This document shows positions 37,748 through 51,320 of a stretch of DNA of 64,000 nucleotides, piece after piece (position 1 is the first letter of the stretch; each line of letters opens with the position of its first letter). This DNA is from Lingula anatina (Eukaryota > Animalia > Brachiopoda), in assembly GCA_051362555.1 (NCBI GenBank), contig CM120642.1, positions 11,904,001 to 11,968,000 of the forward strand. Reading direction: 5' to 3'. A program made the position numbers and the translations under genes. Below the pieces are notes generated by a model. It was given only the letters and a program-made list of their open reading frames with translations. It was not told where the DNA came from and did not search any database.

Positions 37748-40700
37748 ATATGATATTATAACAACCAACTTGTTAAAATTTCAATAGGAGAAGCTAGAAG
37801 TGGCATTTCGAAATGATTTCATTCATTCAGAAAAGCATCATTACCGGTAGTATTCATTTCCCTGACAATTTCCAAGTTTTCATATTGAATATGCGTGACA
37901 AGTGATTTTGTCTCAAAGGAAAGTCGCCTCCCCTAAAATTGACTGCGAGTGGATCTAAGATAATAAGATCGGCTGGCAATCATGCAAAGGTTAATTGCAT
38001 AAAATGCAGGTATCAAAGACCTCTAGCATGCACGGATAGTATGTAAATATTGAGTTCACTATGATGGGTAAAGTAAATAACACGCTATCATATCATGCAT
38101 GAATAATAAAATAAATTTTAGAGATTCAGCACAGAGATTCTGTCGATGGTGGCAACAGTTGGTAATGACTGCATAATGAATCTGTTGCGCACGATTTTAA
38201 CGTAATCCGCATGCATAAAACACAAACACAACAAGCTATACTTAATCTAAATATCGGCCGCCTCGCGATATCCGAACTTTGATACAGTTTTCACATTGAA
38301 TATAACGCAGTGAAATCACTGATCGCGTATTCTCCACCAAACCTTATTTTTCTTGGCGTTTTCATTATAAACTCAATACCATTTCCACATCTGAAATCTT
38401 TTCAAAACGTCGTAACCCCAAGCAAAATCCAAGATTAACAAAAACCGTTCTATTTTGCCCTTTCGCCACCAGAAGTGTCAGTGCTAATTTTTGCATTGCA
38501 AAGCTTTTTTTTGTGAAGTTTTCCAGTTTATTAGATATTCTAAAATTAATAAACTGCAGCATTGCTCTGCCATACCTTTTCATTGCTTTGCTTTATTTTT
38601 GGATTGGTTTTTGCCCTTCACTTTTTACGAGTGATAGAGCAGTCTTGAAATGGATTGGACAAGTAAGTGAAGTCTTGGTTTGACATCCAAGTGAACGATT
38701 TATTGTGCAAGCCAACATCAATTCAGTCTGTAATGAAAAAACGACTAAAAACGATTTAAACTAAATTGAAAATGATTTTCCCAGGATAACTGATGCCGAT
38801 TATATTCCTACTTCATGTTTTCTCTGTAATACAACGAAGAGCACATAATTTTACTTTTCATGGTGGTATTGTTAACATAGGTTATTGCGTACACAATGAG
38901 AAGACATGAAAGCTTAATGCAAACGGAAATACGTAGATTCATGAACCATACGTTCTTTCTCGAGAGCTGCATGTAGTTTATTAGCATGTATACATACTTG
39001 GCAAAAAAAGTCAGTATCTGTTTAATGTATCATTGGTTATAGCTTATCTGACAATTCTCTTAAGTCATTCATAAAAAAACTGACAATGGGTTTTTAATTT
39101 CTTTTTAATTAATTTTTTTCTTCTGTGAAGAGTAATTGCAATCACACTAACAAGTCAAATTCTAGGAGCTGCTACAGTTGTATCCTACCTGCTCCTGAAC
39201 ATTACGCAAAGCTCTAGTCTTCCCCCCTCCCCCTCAACCTCCTTTAACATCAAAGGGCTACAGCTTTTTTTAATGTTTATGCTTTATATATATTTTCTTT
39301 TTTCCTTTTTTATTTTGTAGATTTGTGAATAAAAAGGTTAATTCGGCCCTGAGGTGTTTTTGAGTCGCAAACATGGACATGCACTTTAATCAGTAATACG
39401 CGAAAAGGTTGATTGATGGTGTGCTAACAAATCATCAAATAACAATCTGAAGTATTATTGCAACGGTAATTTCATTTCGTCGTCGAGTGTTTACAAGTTG
39501 CAAGGTTCACAAACAATAATGTACATCGTTTGTCATTTTTTTATGAATAGGGTATAAATTTCCACGGTTCTTGCACACGATACTAAGACAGCTTTTACAT
39601 TTTCTGGTTTTGGTTTCTTTTTAATATCGTTTTGGTAACTGTAGAATCCCACCTTTAAAGGCATTCCGTCATCCTTCAAAGCTTCTTATCTTCCTCAATT
39701 TCGAACTTAAAAACGACAAATCCTCTCGAATAAAATTTTATCTGAAATGTTCATTCTACCGGATGACACTATTTCCTTTTGAACGTATGAACCTCGCGAG
39801 ATCCAAATCTTGACATCTTTCGACTTCACCTAAGAAATCGTAAATATTATACAAGGCTATGATACAGGGCGCTGCGTCAGTTTCTTGCTTTTAAATGAAA
39901 ACTAAGTAATTTCCGATTTTGAGCGGTGCATGTATACTGTCAGGAAGACGGACAGCGGTCTAAATTATTAGGGGTAACCTTAAGAAGTAAATTATTTAAC
40001 AAAAAATGGCATAAGACATCAAATACAGGTGCAGGGACGAGCAATGACTATCGAGTAGGAGAAATTTGCTTTTTTCTCTCTAAGAAAATTCGATTTGGCA
40101 CAAGATTGCGGAAAGGATACACCCACTCTTAAGCAGGTGGGTGATGACGTCATTTTTGCGTAAAGTTTCTCGCTGGACACAAAATCTTCACAGTGCAAAC
40201 ATGTGAGTTAGCCAGAAAAAATATCTGTTCATATGTAGTGAAAAAATAGCTTTGGGCCTGCTCTTCTCTTTTGCCTTTCTCCACCCCCTTGCTCTGAATC
40301 AAAGCTAAAGCAAAAGCAAAACACACCTAGGTGACTTCGGATTCCAGTAAAGAGATCGTATCAGATCGTGCGAGAAACGGGAACAACGACATTGATGGTT
40401 TTCAACTTTTCGAGTAAATGTTTTCGAGTAGATGCACACAGAAACCGAACACCAAAAACGCGGGGTTTTAATATGAAACGTGACTCGCAGTGCTATGCGA
40501 TATACCCGAAGTTTGAGATAAAAATAACTTTTCAAAAGAACCAAAATTTCTATAAGCAATGGGTAGCTTCATTGCACATGAACTAAATGCACGTTTCCTA
40601 GAATCTTATTTGTGTCTTGTTATTATAAGAGGAAACTCATTGACCTAAGCTATTGGTGCATGCACCTAAACTAAGTAACATCGTTCATATGGTTAGAATG

Positions 40701-41465
40701 TTGACTAAAGCAGCAGTAGCAGTATTTTAACTATTTGTCTGAACGCCGATACAGGTACCGCTTTTTCTCGCTGAATTATTGAATATTTATTGATTTTTAT
40801 TACAGCGTTCGTGCGTTTCTGCATTAATTACACTTGTTTACCTGACATATTTCAAATCTCATTATGAAACAACAGATACATAGATACCTTAAAACAAACA
40901 CAAGTTATGGTGTTTTCTTCGGTATCTGGAAAGTTTCTTTCAATCTCGGATAGTATCTGCAACGGCATTTCGAGATTAGCAATCAATTGTTTCGACTTCC
41001 TTGAGCAAGGCGTCTTTTCTTTGTCTGTTTACACTGCTAAGTTTACGCCACAAAACATATCGGGTTCTGAGAAGTTCCATTTGTGACGTCGCCAGTTGTT
41101 CGTAGCAACCAGGCGTTTTAAAAGAGTCCAGCAAAGGTCTGAAACTGTGCATACACATTTCATTTGGATCACCGACCAGCGGCTACGGATGGCCGGGTGG
41201 TTATTACGTACGATTTACGGCGTCAGATCAGGAACACAACAAACATTTTAATAAGTTAACTTGGCATGAGAACGAGATTAATGATTGAATAGATATTTTC
41301 TGAAACAGACACACTCCAAGATGCGTGGTCGTAGAGTCTTCACCACAATCCCACCGCAATTTGTGGCTTGCCATTGAGTACGCTCAAGCGTACAACTGAA
41401 GACACACTTGACAGTGCGCGGAAGACTAACTTGGTAGAACATCTGTCAACACTCATCTTCCAACT

Positions 41466-42668
41466 ATGAACAGCACATGTGAATGTTTAAACACTTCAGC
41501 GGTGACAAGTGCAACAGACCCAAGCGTGGCCGCAATCAACGCAGCTGCGGAAATATTATATTCCGTGTTTCCTTTAGTGTTTCTAGTTTTTGGATCCGCG
41601 GGAAATATCTTGGCGTTTGTCGTTGTTCTACGGAAACCGCTTCGCCATAGTTCTTCAACACTCTACCTGGCGGTTTTAGCCATTGCCGATTTGGGTACAC
41701 TTTGGTTTGGCCTCTCTAGACACATATTGTTGGCTTTTTGGGACCTCGATATTCGAAAAATACACTCATCAATCTGCAAATTACAACCGTTTTTGCTGTA
41801 TTCCTGTCTTGACTATTCAGCTTGGATTTTAGCGGCAGTCACAGTAGAACGGTTCATCTCCGTGCATTTTCCACTAAGAGCCCACGTACTGTGTACTCGA
41901 AAGCGTGCCCGGTCTGTTGTGCTGATCTTGGCCCTTCTGGTTATGCTTAAAAACTTTCACGTTTTTATCACTCGGGGAGACGAGTATACATTTGACGCCA
42001 ATGGCACCTCGATTGACTTAAAAACTAGCTGCGGTTTTCCATTAAAGGAACATAGGTATTTCTGGGTGAACATTCTTCCCTGGATTGTTTTCCTGTTTTA
42101 CGCAGTTGGACCTTTCACCATAATACTCACCATGAACATTCTCATTATCAGGAAGGTGCTGAAATCGCGTAAGGCCAGGAAGGGTCTCACCATGCTCGTC
42201 CTTACTTCTGGCAGGATGGCTAATGGTGCAAACCAACGCACAAACGGCAGAGGCCATAATAAAGGTTTGGGAAACAGCGAGGCGACACAAACCACCGTTA
42301 TGCTGATTACAGTGTCCCTGGCATTCCTCCTACTGGCAACGCCGAGTTTTCTTCATGGTATACTGGGGCCTTACTGGAGGAAGCAGATAACGAACCCACA
42401 CGGGGAAGCAATGTACAATCTAGTTCGAGTCCTGGTTCTGTGTCTTAACTATACAAACCACAGCATTAACTTCATATTGTATTGCATCAGCGGGAAACGG
42501 TTTCGGACACAGGCGGTCATCCTGTTGACCTGTGGCGCGAGGCAGGAGAGACGGTCGAACGTCCAGTCTGGGACGGCAAACACCACGGCACGCAGAGGCC
42601 AAAAGAGACAAACCCTTGAAACACAGCTTACCTGTGTGAGTACCGTGACTTTAGACACTCCGCTTTAA
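41466..42668 (+). CDS. Class A (rhodopsin-like) GPCR, FMRFamide/peptide-receptor-like orphan; intronless CDS
   Basis: 400-aa ORF with seven hydrophobic segments: GN in TM1, LAIAD in TM2, Cys plus ERF (DRY variant) in TM3, NHSINFILYC (NPxxY variant) followed by a helix-8 KRFR. N-glycosylation sequons NST and NTS near the N-terminus. Confidence 0.93.
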   Translation: MNSTCECLNTSAVTSATDPSVAAINAAAEILYSVFPLVFLVFGSAGNILAFVVVLRKPLRHSSSTLYLAVLAIADLGTLWFGLSRHILLAFWDLDIRKIHSSICKLQPFLLYSCLDYSAWILAAVTVERFISVHFPLRAHVLCTRKRARSVVLILALLVMLKNFHVFITRGDEYTFDANGTSIDLKTSCGFPLKEHRYFWVNILPWIVFLFYAVGPFTIILTMNILIIRKVLKSRKARKGLTMLVLTSGRMANGANQRTNGRGHNKGLGNSEATQTTVMLITVSLAFLLLATPSFLHGILGPYWRKQITNPHGEAMYNLVRVLVLCLNYTNHSINFILYCISGKRFRTQAVILLTCGARQERRSNVQSGTANTTARRGQKRQTLETQLTCVSTVTLDTPL

Positions 42669-43246
42669 TAGCCAGGCGTTGTGACTGACATTCAATTAAT
42701 GCAGCGCCAGACTGACTATTATTTCGTTACCGGCATACCTTAAATTTGTAACGTTGATGTAACTTCAGATTTAAGTTACTATATGTCTTGCACACATAAC
42801 GCAGAACTTGCAAATGTGAAAATGTACTCAGACAATTGTAAAAATAAACAGAATATTGATGTATGATTATGACAAAATAAAAACTTCACGTCATTTGCCA
42901 TCTTTCTACATAAAAGTAACTGGAGGACTAGTTAGTCTGAATCGCTGTGATGTTGTAAACAATTCGCGTTCTGGTCGCCAAGTCCTTTTCCAGGAATTGA
43001 CCCTATTATGCTGCACTTAACCTAATTACATCCGACCAACATTAATTGTGCCAAAAATGCCATCAAAAGTTAACCGTCAGATATTAATGTTTTCTTGGAA
43101 CGGAGAAAATATTAAATAACCTATTGTGCCAATGTGGTGTCTTAAAGTGTACATGCAAGTAATTTGGGTGGAAAAAGAATACCACTTCTCGCCTTTTTCG
43201 TTGGCGGTATTGGACTTCAAAGTCTTCTATATTGAACGATTTCTCA

Positions 43247-43427
43247 CTGGTAGTATATTGTAAAGGGCTTTAATCTATCTTACATTGTGGTAATTGTTTT
43301 GGTGAATCGTCTTACACGTGGCGGTGGTTTGGATATTCCCTCTGGTAGTATATTGTAAAGGGCTTTAATCTATTTTATATTGTGGTAATTGTTTTAGTGA
43401 TTCGTCTTACGCATGGCGGTTGTTAGG
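43247..43427 (+). repeat. Tandem duplication, ~96-bp period
   Basis: CTGGTAGTATATTGTAAAGGGCTTTAATCTAT...TCGTCTTAC...TGGCGGT occurs twice. Confidence 0.85.
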
Positions 43428-43643
43428 TCTTCACGGCTATACAGGTACACATGTCTTCCCCTTTTGACAGACAAACGAAAAATATGAGGGGGTCTAAGAT
43501 CTTGAGCTTCACTAATTTTTCTGTTTTTATAATGCTGTATTCTCCTTCTTATAATTATTATTTTCGTGCTGATGTGACTTCTTTATTCCATATAAGTTTC
43601 CTGGTTTTGTTCCGTGTTCCTACAGCTCCCCTCCGAGCGTGCG

Positions 43644-43646
43644 CAC

Positions 43647-43681
<35 letters not shown>

Positions 43682-43694
43682 GAGAGAGAGAGAG
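43644..43694. repeat. Compound (CA)n-(AG)n microsatellite
   Basis: Seen directly. Confidence 0.9.
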
Positions 43695-44724
43695 TACTCT
43701 AGACGCGAAATCGACACACCGCCAACTGAAGATGAATTAATGAAAATGCGTATTGAGCGTGTGCCTTTGTATGATTCACATAATGCAGCCATCTAAAGGT
43801 TATGCTTTTGTTTTTGTAAATTCTGTATCGTACCTTCATGAACAGAGGCAAATATATAGACGCATGGTGACATATTTGTTCGTTTTTCTACAGCATTGCA
43901 AATTTGCCCGTTCTACCTGTAGTGCACAATGATTTTTTTCTCGGCTACATTTTTTATTCCAAAGAGATTTTGCCCACATTCCAGCCTCATTACTACCTGA
44001 AGTATGCATGCTCAATTGACGACTTTTGCTTTCAAAAACGTTCGTATTTTCTAAGACGCCTACACCGCATACCCAGAAACTGAACCAATCGTTTAAAAAG
44101 CCAAACTGAAAAAAATCTTTACTTTAGCTTTTTATTGGATTATCACCTGAATACAAAGGTGCCTTTGTTTGTGAGCGTCTTCATAGTCAAATCAGTCGTA
44201 GGAATTAAACTTTTTTAATACGAGCTTGTTTTCGTTTACAAAAGGCACTTAAAAAGTCATCCAAGAAAATATGATACATAAATAGGCTTCTTGGGCTATC
44301 AACAAAGAGTACTAAAAGGTGCAGTTTATTTTGTCAAATTAAGAGTATGAAATTATTTTCTAAGCAATAATTAACTCTAGGGTTACTGACATCCGTCAGG
44401 TATTTCCCATTCTTGTTCACAGGTGTCCGCATTGTGCGCAATCCCCGAATGAGCAACGTAGTTCTTTTCAGATATTGCGGTTGAATGCAACTGACAATTT
44501 TTCAGATCGAATCTCTAAATGGATTATCTAGGAATGCTTTTAGCTTATTTTTCAGTTATCCAGTTATACAATATTTTGTTTTTCTGACGCGAGTGTCATG
44601 TTGCACGCAAACCGCAATGGTGAACACATAATAAAAGCGCGAACTAATTTCTTGAAAATTTGCAATAACTTTTCGTGATTTATCATATTCTGTCTGTTAT
44701 TGAGATATTTGTGTACTTAAAAGG

Positions 44725-45095
44725 AAACACAACCCACACACATACTCATTATTCAAGGACGGTATTTGAGTGCATATTTTTAAAAATGTGCCTGTGGAAA
44801 AAAAAAGATTTTTCGTTACCTGTTTTTGAGATGAGAAGTATGATTATCGAAAATTATTTCTTAAATAACGACAACTACATAGTGTTTAATTAAAATTATA
44901 AAGAAAATAATCTCTGTCGAAGATGCGTGTCTCTGGGTCTGTTCACACACAGGGCAAACTGAAATTTACCTTGACTGCGTCAACTGACGTCACCAAATGA
45001 CATCATAACGTACATATAGGTACGCCTTGAAACTCAATTCAATTCAGTTCATTCCTGCACTGGTACACAGAATAACGTGGCCTTGCATAACATAA
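44725..45095 (+). repeat. Left arm of a ~370-bp inverted repeat pair (partner 52380-52740)
   Basis: Colinear reverse-complement blocks, e.g. ACGACAACTACATAGTGTTT, CTGGGTCTGTTCACA, ACTGCGTCAACTGACGTCACCAAATGACATCATAACGTA, CAATTCAATTCAGTTCATTCCTG. Confidence 0.85.
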
Positions 45096-45620
45096 AAACA
45101 ATAAAACAAAATGTAAATGAGCAAATATACCTGTATACAATGGGCAGATGCACTACTTAGATTATTTGTATAATTTTCTTACCAAATGGCAAGATGCAAC
45201 TTCTTGGTATGTTTACAGATATATCATAAACCCAATTCATGGAGTATACATTTACAAACGTATGTAACATACTATCAAAAATTTAAATTTGCAAAGGACA
45301 TGCTAGAAGGTACTGAGTACAGCAAATACTTCACTTCTTTTATTTAATGATTTCATTATAAAATTGGACCTGGAAACTTTGTAAGCACTGTAAACCACTT
45401 TGTATAATTTACTTTTGGGTGACCTAGTATCAGTTTTTAGACAGATTTTACCAAAGAAAGTTTCTCGGTCTGTTTTATACATCGGGCATTGAAGTATAAA
45501 ATGGCATTCGTCTTCAGTCTTTAAAAACCCCATGCAGTGACATGATACAATTTAACAGTCTATACTCTAGGTTGATGAGCGACGAGCGTTTAAACGGCCA
45601 CAATGATTATCTTGTGACAA
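45031..45620 (-). mobile_element. 3' remnant of a non-LTR retrotransposon (CR1/L2-like)
   Basis: ORF fragment 45303-45533 reads EDECHFILQCPMY, resembling the C-terminal EDExHxLLxCxxY motif of LINE ORF2. A (GAATT)n-like tail lies at ~45033-45050. Confidence 0.55.
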
Positions 45621-46345
45621 GTGGGTGTGCTGTCAGTCTTAACTTCATGAATACGAAGTGCGTGGTAATTTAGAAACACAATACCAACAGTATCGTGCCA
45701 CGAGGTTATCAGTATGCTTCGCAGAGCGAACAGAGATAATACGTACAAAAACGTACTCAGGAATGGCGGATTCCCCTAGTCCGACGAAATCTTGTTTTCT
45801 TTTGTCAGTCCGGTTATTTCATAGTATTCTATTTAATTTAATTTTATCCCATCCTTATTTCTTTCAAAAAATATTTCTTTTGCAGCAAAGGAGGGGAAGG
45901 GATGCAAAAATTGCGATTCATTATTTTACTAACCCTCCCCCCCCCCCCGCGTACCAGGAAAGGGTCATCATTCATTTAATTAAAATCTAAGACTGGGCTT
46001 AGCTGTACAAACCAATGGGAAGTGTCAAAGGGAGCTCTCGAGGACAAGACACCAGTCACTGCCCTGATTCAGCTAAAATAAATGGTATTCCACGATCGCG
46101 GCACTGCCGGTATTTTGACTCGGTGATTTTTGAAGTTTCACCAGGCAGGCGCATGCTCACAACAAGTTAGTATTCAAATTATCGCTAGAAGAGTGCCCTT
46201 GGTCAACCTGTCCTGTAAGATTAATATTTTTTATGTTATTCTACGACCTCATCTGTCACCTGAGGTTACTACATCTATATACATGTAATACTCTAACCTA
46301 CACGTTCGACCTATCACACACAGAAAGCGATGTCTTAATTTCCCA

Positions 46346-46518
46346 CAGGAGTCAAAGCTCTGTAAAACCGGGCTATTGAAGAAAAGATACCGAATATGCA
46401 CTTTTGTATCCCTCGAAAGGGATAACACACGCGCACGTGCACCTACTCAGGAGTCAAAGCTCTGTAAAACCGGGCTATTGAAGAAAGATACTGTATTTGC
46501 ACTTTTGTATCCCTCGAA
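46346..46518 (+). repeat. ~71-bp direct repeat with a 30-bp spacer
   Basis: CAGGAGTCAAAGCTCTGTAAAACCGGGCTATTGAAGAAA...CACTTTTGTATCCCTCGAA at 46346-46417 and 46448-46518. Confidence 0.9.
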
Positions 46519-46578
46519 TAGCAATGTTTGTGCGTGATTATACAATTTATCATTATCAGCTGACTACACAGGCTCCTT

Positions 46579-46822
46579 GACCCATTCCCATACCTAGATC
46601 AATCTAGCAGGATCGACCAAACTCCGAGAGGTTCTCGCTAAATTTCATCCAGCTTAAGCGGCTCTGGTGTCTGGCACGCCTACTGAAGCTGTTATCTATC
46701 GTTTAGCGGTTTTAGTAGGCGTGCCAGACATTTAAACCACTTTAATCTGAATGCAATTTAGCGAGAATCCCCTCGGAGATTGGTCGATGCTGCTAGATCA
46801 ATCTAGGTATGTGAATGGGGCC
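46579..46822. mobile_element. Hairpin MITE (family A)
   Basis: Almost fully palindromic: CCCATTCCCATACCTAGAT...TGTCTGGCACGCCTACT / AGTAGGCGTGCCAGACA...ATCTAGGTATGTGAATGGGG. Confidence 0.8.
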
Positions 46823-47280
46823 TTTGCCTTTTCATTCCATCCCTACGACGACGCAAGTTGAAATATCGTTTACTGAGTATTAACCTGGTCGTAACATGTC
46901 TATTACATGTCTATTATTCAATCAATAATAAAAAAAACATATTTGCACACCACAACTGACACTTTACAACTTATTAATGGAGTTTCGGGACTTGATCACC
47001 ATCGACGCTAAAATAAAATTGTTTTCATTATTTTATCATTATCTTTTTCATGTCATTTAATTTCTTTATTTTTGAAGTGACGGACTGTTACTCCCAGTGC
47101 ACTTTTTTTGGGGAAAAGGGCGAGGTCTGATTTGAAGCAGATTTTTCGTTTAAGAAAGGAGTAGCAGTCGCCAGTCGCCTGTGTTTGCATTAAAGATCTT
47201 TAACTTAAGTGAAAGCCCTGGCGCACTATAACTGTTACCGACAAAATGTTGTGAGACAATTTAAAGGCCGTTCTTGATTA

Positions 47281-47659
47281 CCAAGAACTCGTATTATCAT
47301 CAGCTTTTCTGTATTCTACTCAATGCCAGGAGGAGGCATGTTAATCTGTTAATCTAATTGCATTCAGCGAGAGTCCCCGTGGAGTTAGTGTGCACTAGCT
47401 AGTACGATAGATTCATTGGGCGCATTCAGATTCACACATCGCGCAAGCAGGGTCGGTTCAACTTTGTGGGGAATTCTTGCTATAATGTAGTCAGTGGAAT
47501 AAGCATAATCAGCACGCAATGGTTTTAACTAATAAAAACCCCATAAATGCTCGAAAAGGCGTGTCAGATGATTAAGCTGATTTAACTGATTGCACTTTAG
47601 CGAGAATCCTCCACAGAGTTAGACCGGTCCAGCTAGCACGATATGTGAAGCTAAATGCA
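47281..47659. mobile_element. Two adjacent MITE family A copies (partial 47281-47420; hairpin 47422-47659)
   Basis: The first part matches the 3982 and 26613 copies. The second has arms GCATTCAGATTCACACATCG / CGATATGTGAAGCTAAATGC and the shared TTTAGCGAGAATCC core. Confidence 0.65.
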
Positions 47660-48939
47660 GTTATTGGTATACAAATAGGTTCAATAAATGCTAACAAATT
47701 ATCATTTGAATAGCGTATTCAGAATGATAATGTTATTTAAAATATTTTGTATACAACCTAATAAGCCTCATGAATAGACCCTGCTTGAGATGGTGTTGTT
47801 ACTGTTAAATAATTCAGAAAAACTGGGATGGGAGAGGGGGGGGAGGCTATTCGAGGTTAAGACTTTAACCACTGCACAAGGGAAGTGATGCATTTTCACA
47901 ATCTTCATCCCTACATATACAAACGTGCTAACACACGCGCACGTGCACCTACTCCTGCACCCCCACCCCCCTCTCACATAACACACACAAACAAATCTAT
48001 ATCTTTCTCCTCTAAGGCAATCCAACTCACCACAAGTACACGCGCGTCTCCTAAAATATCGATTGGGTCGACATTCTTACAGCTGATTAATTAAATGTGT
48101 CGCCAAAATTAGTAGGGCGCCAGATAGGCACAATTGTCATCAATACTGTCAACAAAGTGCCTCTGTGAACGACGTAACGAAAACAGTGCCAGCATTTTAT
48201 AGGTATTCGATCGCATTCTTATATACGGCGTAAGTCAACAGGTGAGCTTAATCTGATTGTGTAAACTTACGAAGTGAGAATAACGATGCCTTCATTAGCC
48301 CTCAAACAACATGTGGTTGTTGTATTTGTCGATTTTCAAAATGCCTTGATTTCGTCATGTAACAGGCGTCTTCGGCCTCTAAACAAATGCAGGGGCGGAG
48401 AGGGCATTACGTGAATGGGGATCGCGTCTTACATTTGATTAATACAATTCGCTGGTCGGTGTTACAGTCCCCGTAGTAGGACACCGCAGTAGCAACACTT
48501 TCAATGGGCTGATACACACCCTAACATCGTGGGTAGATAAGGATAATAAGGTTTTAAGGAATAAAAAACCATGATGAGAAGAGAAGGAACCAGGTCAAAG
48601 TCGGCGGGTGAGTTTTTGAGCATCTTTGAGGGAAATAGTCCTTTTTTTATAAAAAAAAAAAGAGGTCAAAATTGAATAGCAGAATTGAGGAGCCTTTTTA
48701 TTGAACTCAGTTGTGATTATTTGATTTATAGACATTTAGACTTATTATGTAGATATATTAAAATGATAAAGATTAGGCAATGGCTGTAATATACGAAAAA
48801 CGCATCCCAATAAACATGTTACAAAAACTTTAGTATCACTGTTGCATACTATTATGCAAAGAAATCTAAATCTACACGTCCTCCCAGTTCAGTATAGAGC
48901 TTTTTAGGCTTTGTCGACCTGATTCATTCTAACTCTACC

Positions 48940-49860
48940 ATGCATTATTCAGGCACAGATTTTGGTCCACTGCGAGATGTACTGTCACAGGCCCTAATGG
49001 CCAAGAATCATCTCCGAATACGCGCCTTTGTTGACAGATACTGGCCTTTTCTGCCAACCATCGCAGGTTTGCCGGACAGCACAGGTCGCTGTAACATCGG
49101 TAGGGCAGCAAAGTGCGGGCTAGTGGGTGCCGTTGACGCGTTCATATCTGCCGGGGTGGACGTTAACGCCAAAAGCATCTCTGGATGGTCGCCTTTGATG
49201 TACGCCGCCGGTGCTGGCGAGCAAATATTGGTGGAGAAACTCATCAGAGCTGGTGCCAATGTGCACGTCCAGGAGACAGGTGGCGCCACCGCCTTGTATC
49301 TTGCCTGCCAGAAGGGACACGCCGGTATCGTGAGCAAGCTGCTTAGAGCAGGGGCGGATGTTAACCAACAGGTCTCTGATGGTTCGAGCTGTCTGTATAT
49401 CGCCACACAAAAAGGGCACAAAAACATCGTGCAGATACTGCTTTCAGCTGGAGCAGACGTTAATTTACTAACAAATAACGGTGCTAGCAGTCTTTACATT
49501 GCATCTCAAAACGGGCATTTAGAATTAGTGAAAATTCTGTTGGAACAGGGAGCAGATGTTAACATTCAGAAAGACACTGGGAGCAGCAGCTTGTACATAG
49601 CCTCACAGAACGGCCACGAGGACGTCGTCAAGGTACTATTAGCAGCAGGTGCTGATGTGAATTTGAGGAAAAACATAGGCACCAGCTGCCTCCACATTGC
49701 GTCACACTTTGGGCACACGGGTGTGGTCGAGGTTCTGTTAGAGGCAGATGCAGAGGTGAACGCTAAAACAAAGTCAGGGAAAACAAGTCTGCAAATAGCA
49801 AGACAAGAAAACCATAATGACATCTGCGTCTTGCTCAGGGCGACCGGGGCTAAAGAATGA
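48940..49860 (+). CDS. Ankyrin repeat protein (~7-8 repeats), intronless ORF
   Basis: 306-aa ORF with a 33-aa period such as GATALYLACQKGHAGIVSKLLRAGADVN and GASSLYIASQNGHLELVKILLEQGADVN. Confidence 0.9.
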   Translation: MHYSGTDFGPLRDVLSQALMAKNHLRIRAFVDRYWPFLPTIAGLPDSTGRCNIGRAAKCGLVGAVDAFISAGVDVNAKSISGWSPLMYAAGAGEQILVEKLIRAGANVHVQETGGATALYLACQKGHAGIVSKLLRAGADVNQQVSDGSSCLYIATQKGHKNIVQILLSAGADVNLLTNNGASSLYIASQNGHLELVKILLEQGADVNIQKDTGSSSLYIASQNGHEDVVKVLLAAGADVNLRKNIGTSCLHIASHFGHTGVVEVLLEADAEVNAKTKSGKTSLQIARQENHNDICVLLRATGAKE

Positions 49861-51320
49861 TGGCCGTCTTTGGGAAACGGCTTGAGAATTTATTTGGGTA
49901 CAGTGCGAATTATATTCCAAAGACTATTAAGCTACCACTCGCATCTTCTCGTCCAGTCACGAAATAACCGAAGATGATATTCGAGATTGTTATTTAAAGT
50001 TCTCACGTTTATTTATTGAGGAACACATTTTTGTGGTCTAAATGCTTTTAGGTTATATACGCCGTAGGCGGTTTTTATCACATTTAAACTGTTTATAATG
50101 CTTGTGCCATGTTTTTCCAAAGTACACAATTTAGCCTTCCATTTTCATTAGTACAACCACTGTAGCACTACATGTACAAATAAATCAATTTTCTATTTGA
50201 TTGAAAAAAATCGGTCGGTCTGGTCAAAAGCCTTAATCGTGGTTATTAAGAGTCCTTGTGCGTGCTCCAGCTGTATACAGCCTTCTTGTACGATCTGATT
50301 TTCTGGTTAGTTTTACGGTATTATATATATATATACTGGTTTTTATTGACATTTTTTTTCGAGAATAAAATCCATTAGCACAAAATTACGAATAATTGCT
50401 CGTCACGCGCCTGTACTTGGATACGATATTTTGGATTATTTTTAGTTGAATAACTTAGTTCTAAACAAAGTATGATTCATTTGGAGACTTATTCTAACCA
50501 GTTGTAAGAATAGGGCATATTGTAACAGGTGGGCCGTATAAGCTGTAAAGTATGTAAAATATTGCAGAAACCAACAGATTTTCTGAAAAAAATCTCAACG
50601 ACAAGGATATGATTTAATCTTTTGTTATTTGCACGTTTTTGATAAAAAGAATTAATTGAAGTATAAGTTTGCGAACACATCATGTAAACCTAGTCATCCA
50701 CCGCAACCGGCCAACGGACCATTTTCTAACGAATGTAGAATCCTACGTTCATACACGAAAAAGCAAAAGTACGTCATTCCCACATCAATCCTACCTGTGT
50801 AATTTCCAAAGGTGAATTCAGGTCTGTGAAGATTTATAATGCTTTTTACATCCTAAAACTAAATATTTATTTGCAAGAAACCCAAGGATATACCCAGGAA
50901 AGGTGTTAAAAGGGGAGTCGGAACGTTATGCACGCGACACTTTTATTAATTTGGGGTGCATGCGTTATGTAAGTTTAGATCTTTATGAATTAACTTATCT
51001 AAAAGATACACAAAATTTAAACAAGTTAAATAATCATCACACCGAACAGCACAAGTCCATTAAACAATGCATCTACAAAATTTCTACGGCCTACCTGTAC
51101 GTAGTCTATAACGTATCCTTCAATATCGTTTCAAATCATTTCCACAACTGCGAATGTAATTTATTTTTAAAGACTTTCTTTTGAAAGATGTAAAAAAAAT
51201 TGAAGACCACACTAAATGTGCCAATTTTTCGTAAGTCGTCCGTAGAAAGCATATCTTTTTGTCCGTGCAGAATAATTTATACCTTGACTTCTAACCAATA
51301 GGAAGGCCTGTGACGACCCG

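Noticed and set aside
48345-48385. Hammerhead-like motif on - (CCGAAGA...CGAAATC)
   Set aside because: The core deviates from CUGAnGA, stem II has a mismatch, and stems I and III could not be established by eye.
49008-49823. Antisense ORFs over the ankyrin gene (similar ones overlap the GPCR, SCP and SLC4 exons)
   Set aside because: Shadow ORFs of real coding sequence with no recognisable motifs.
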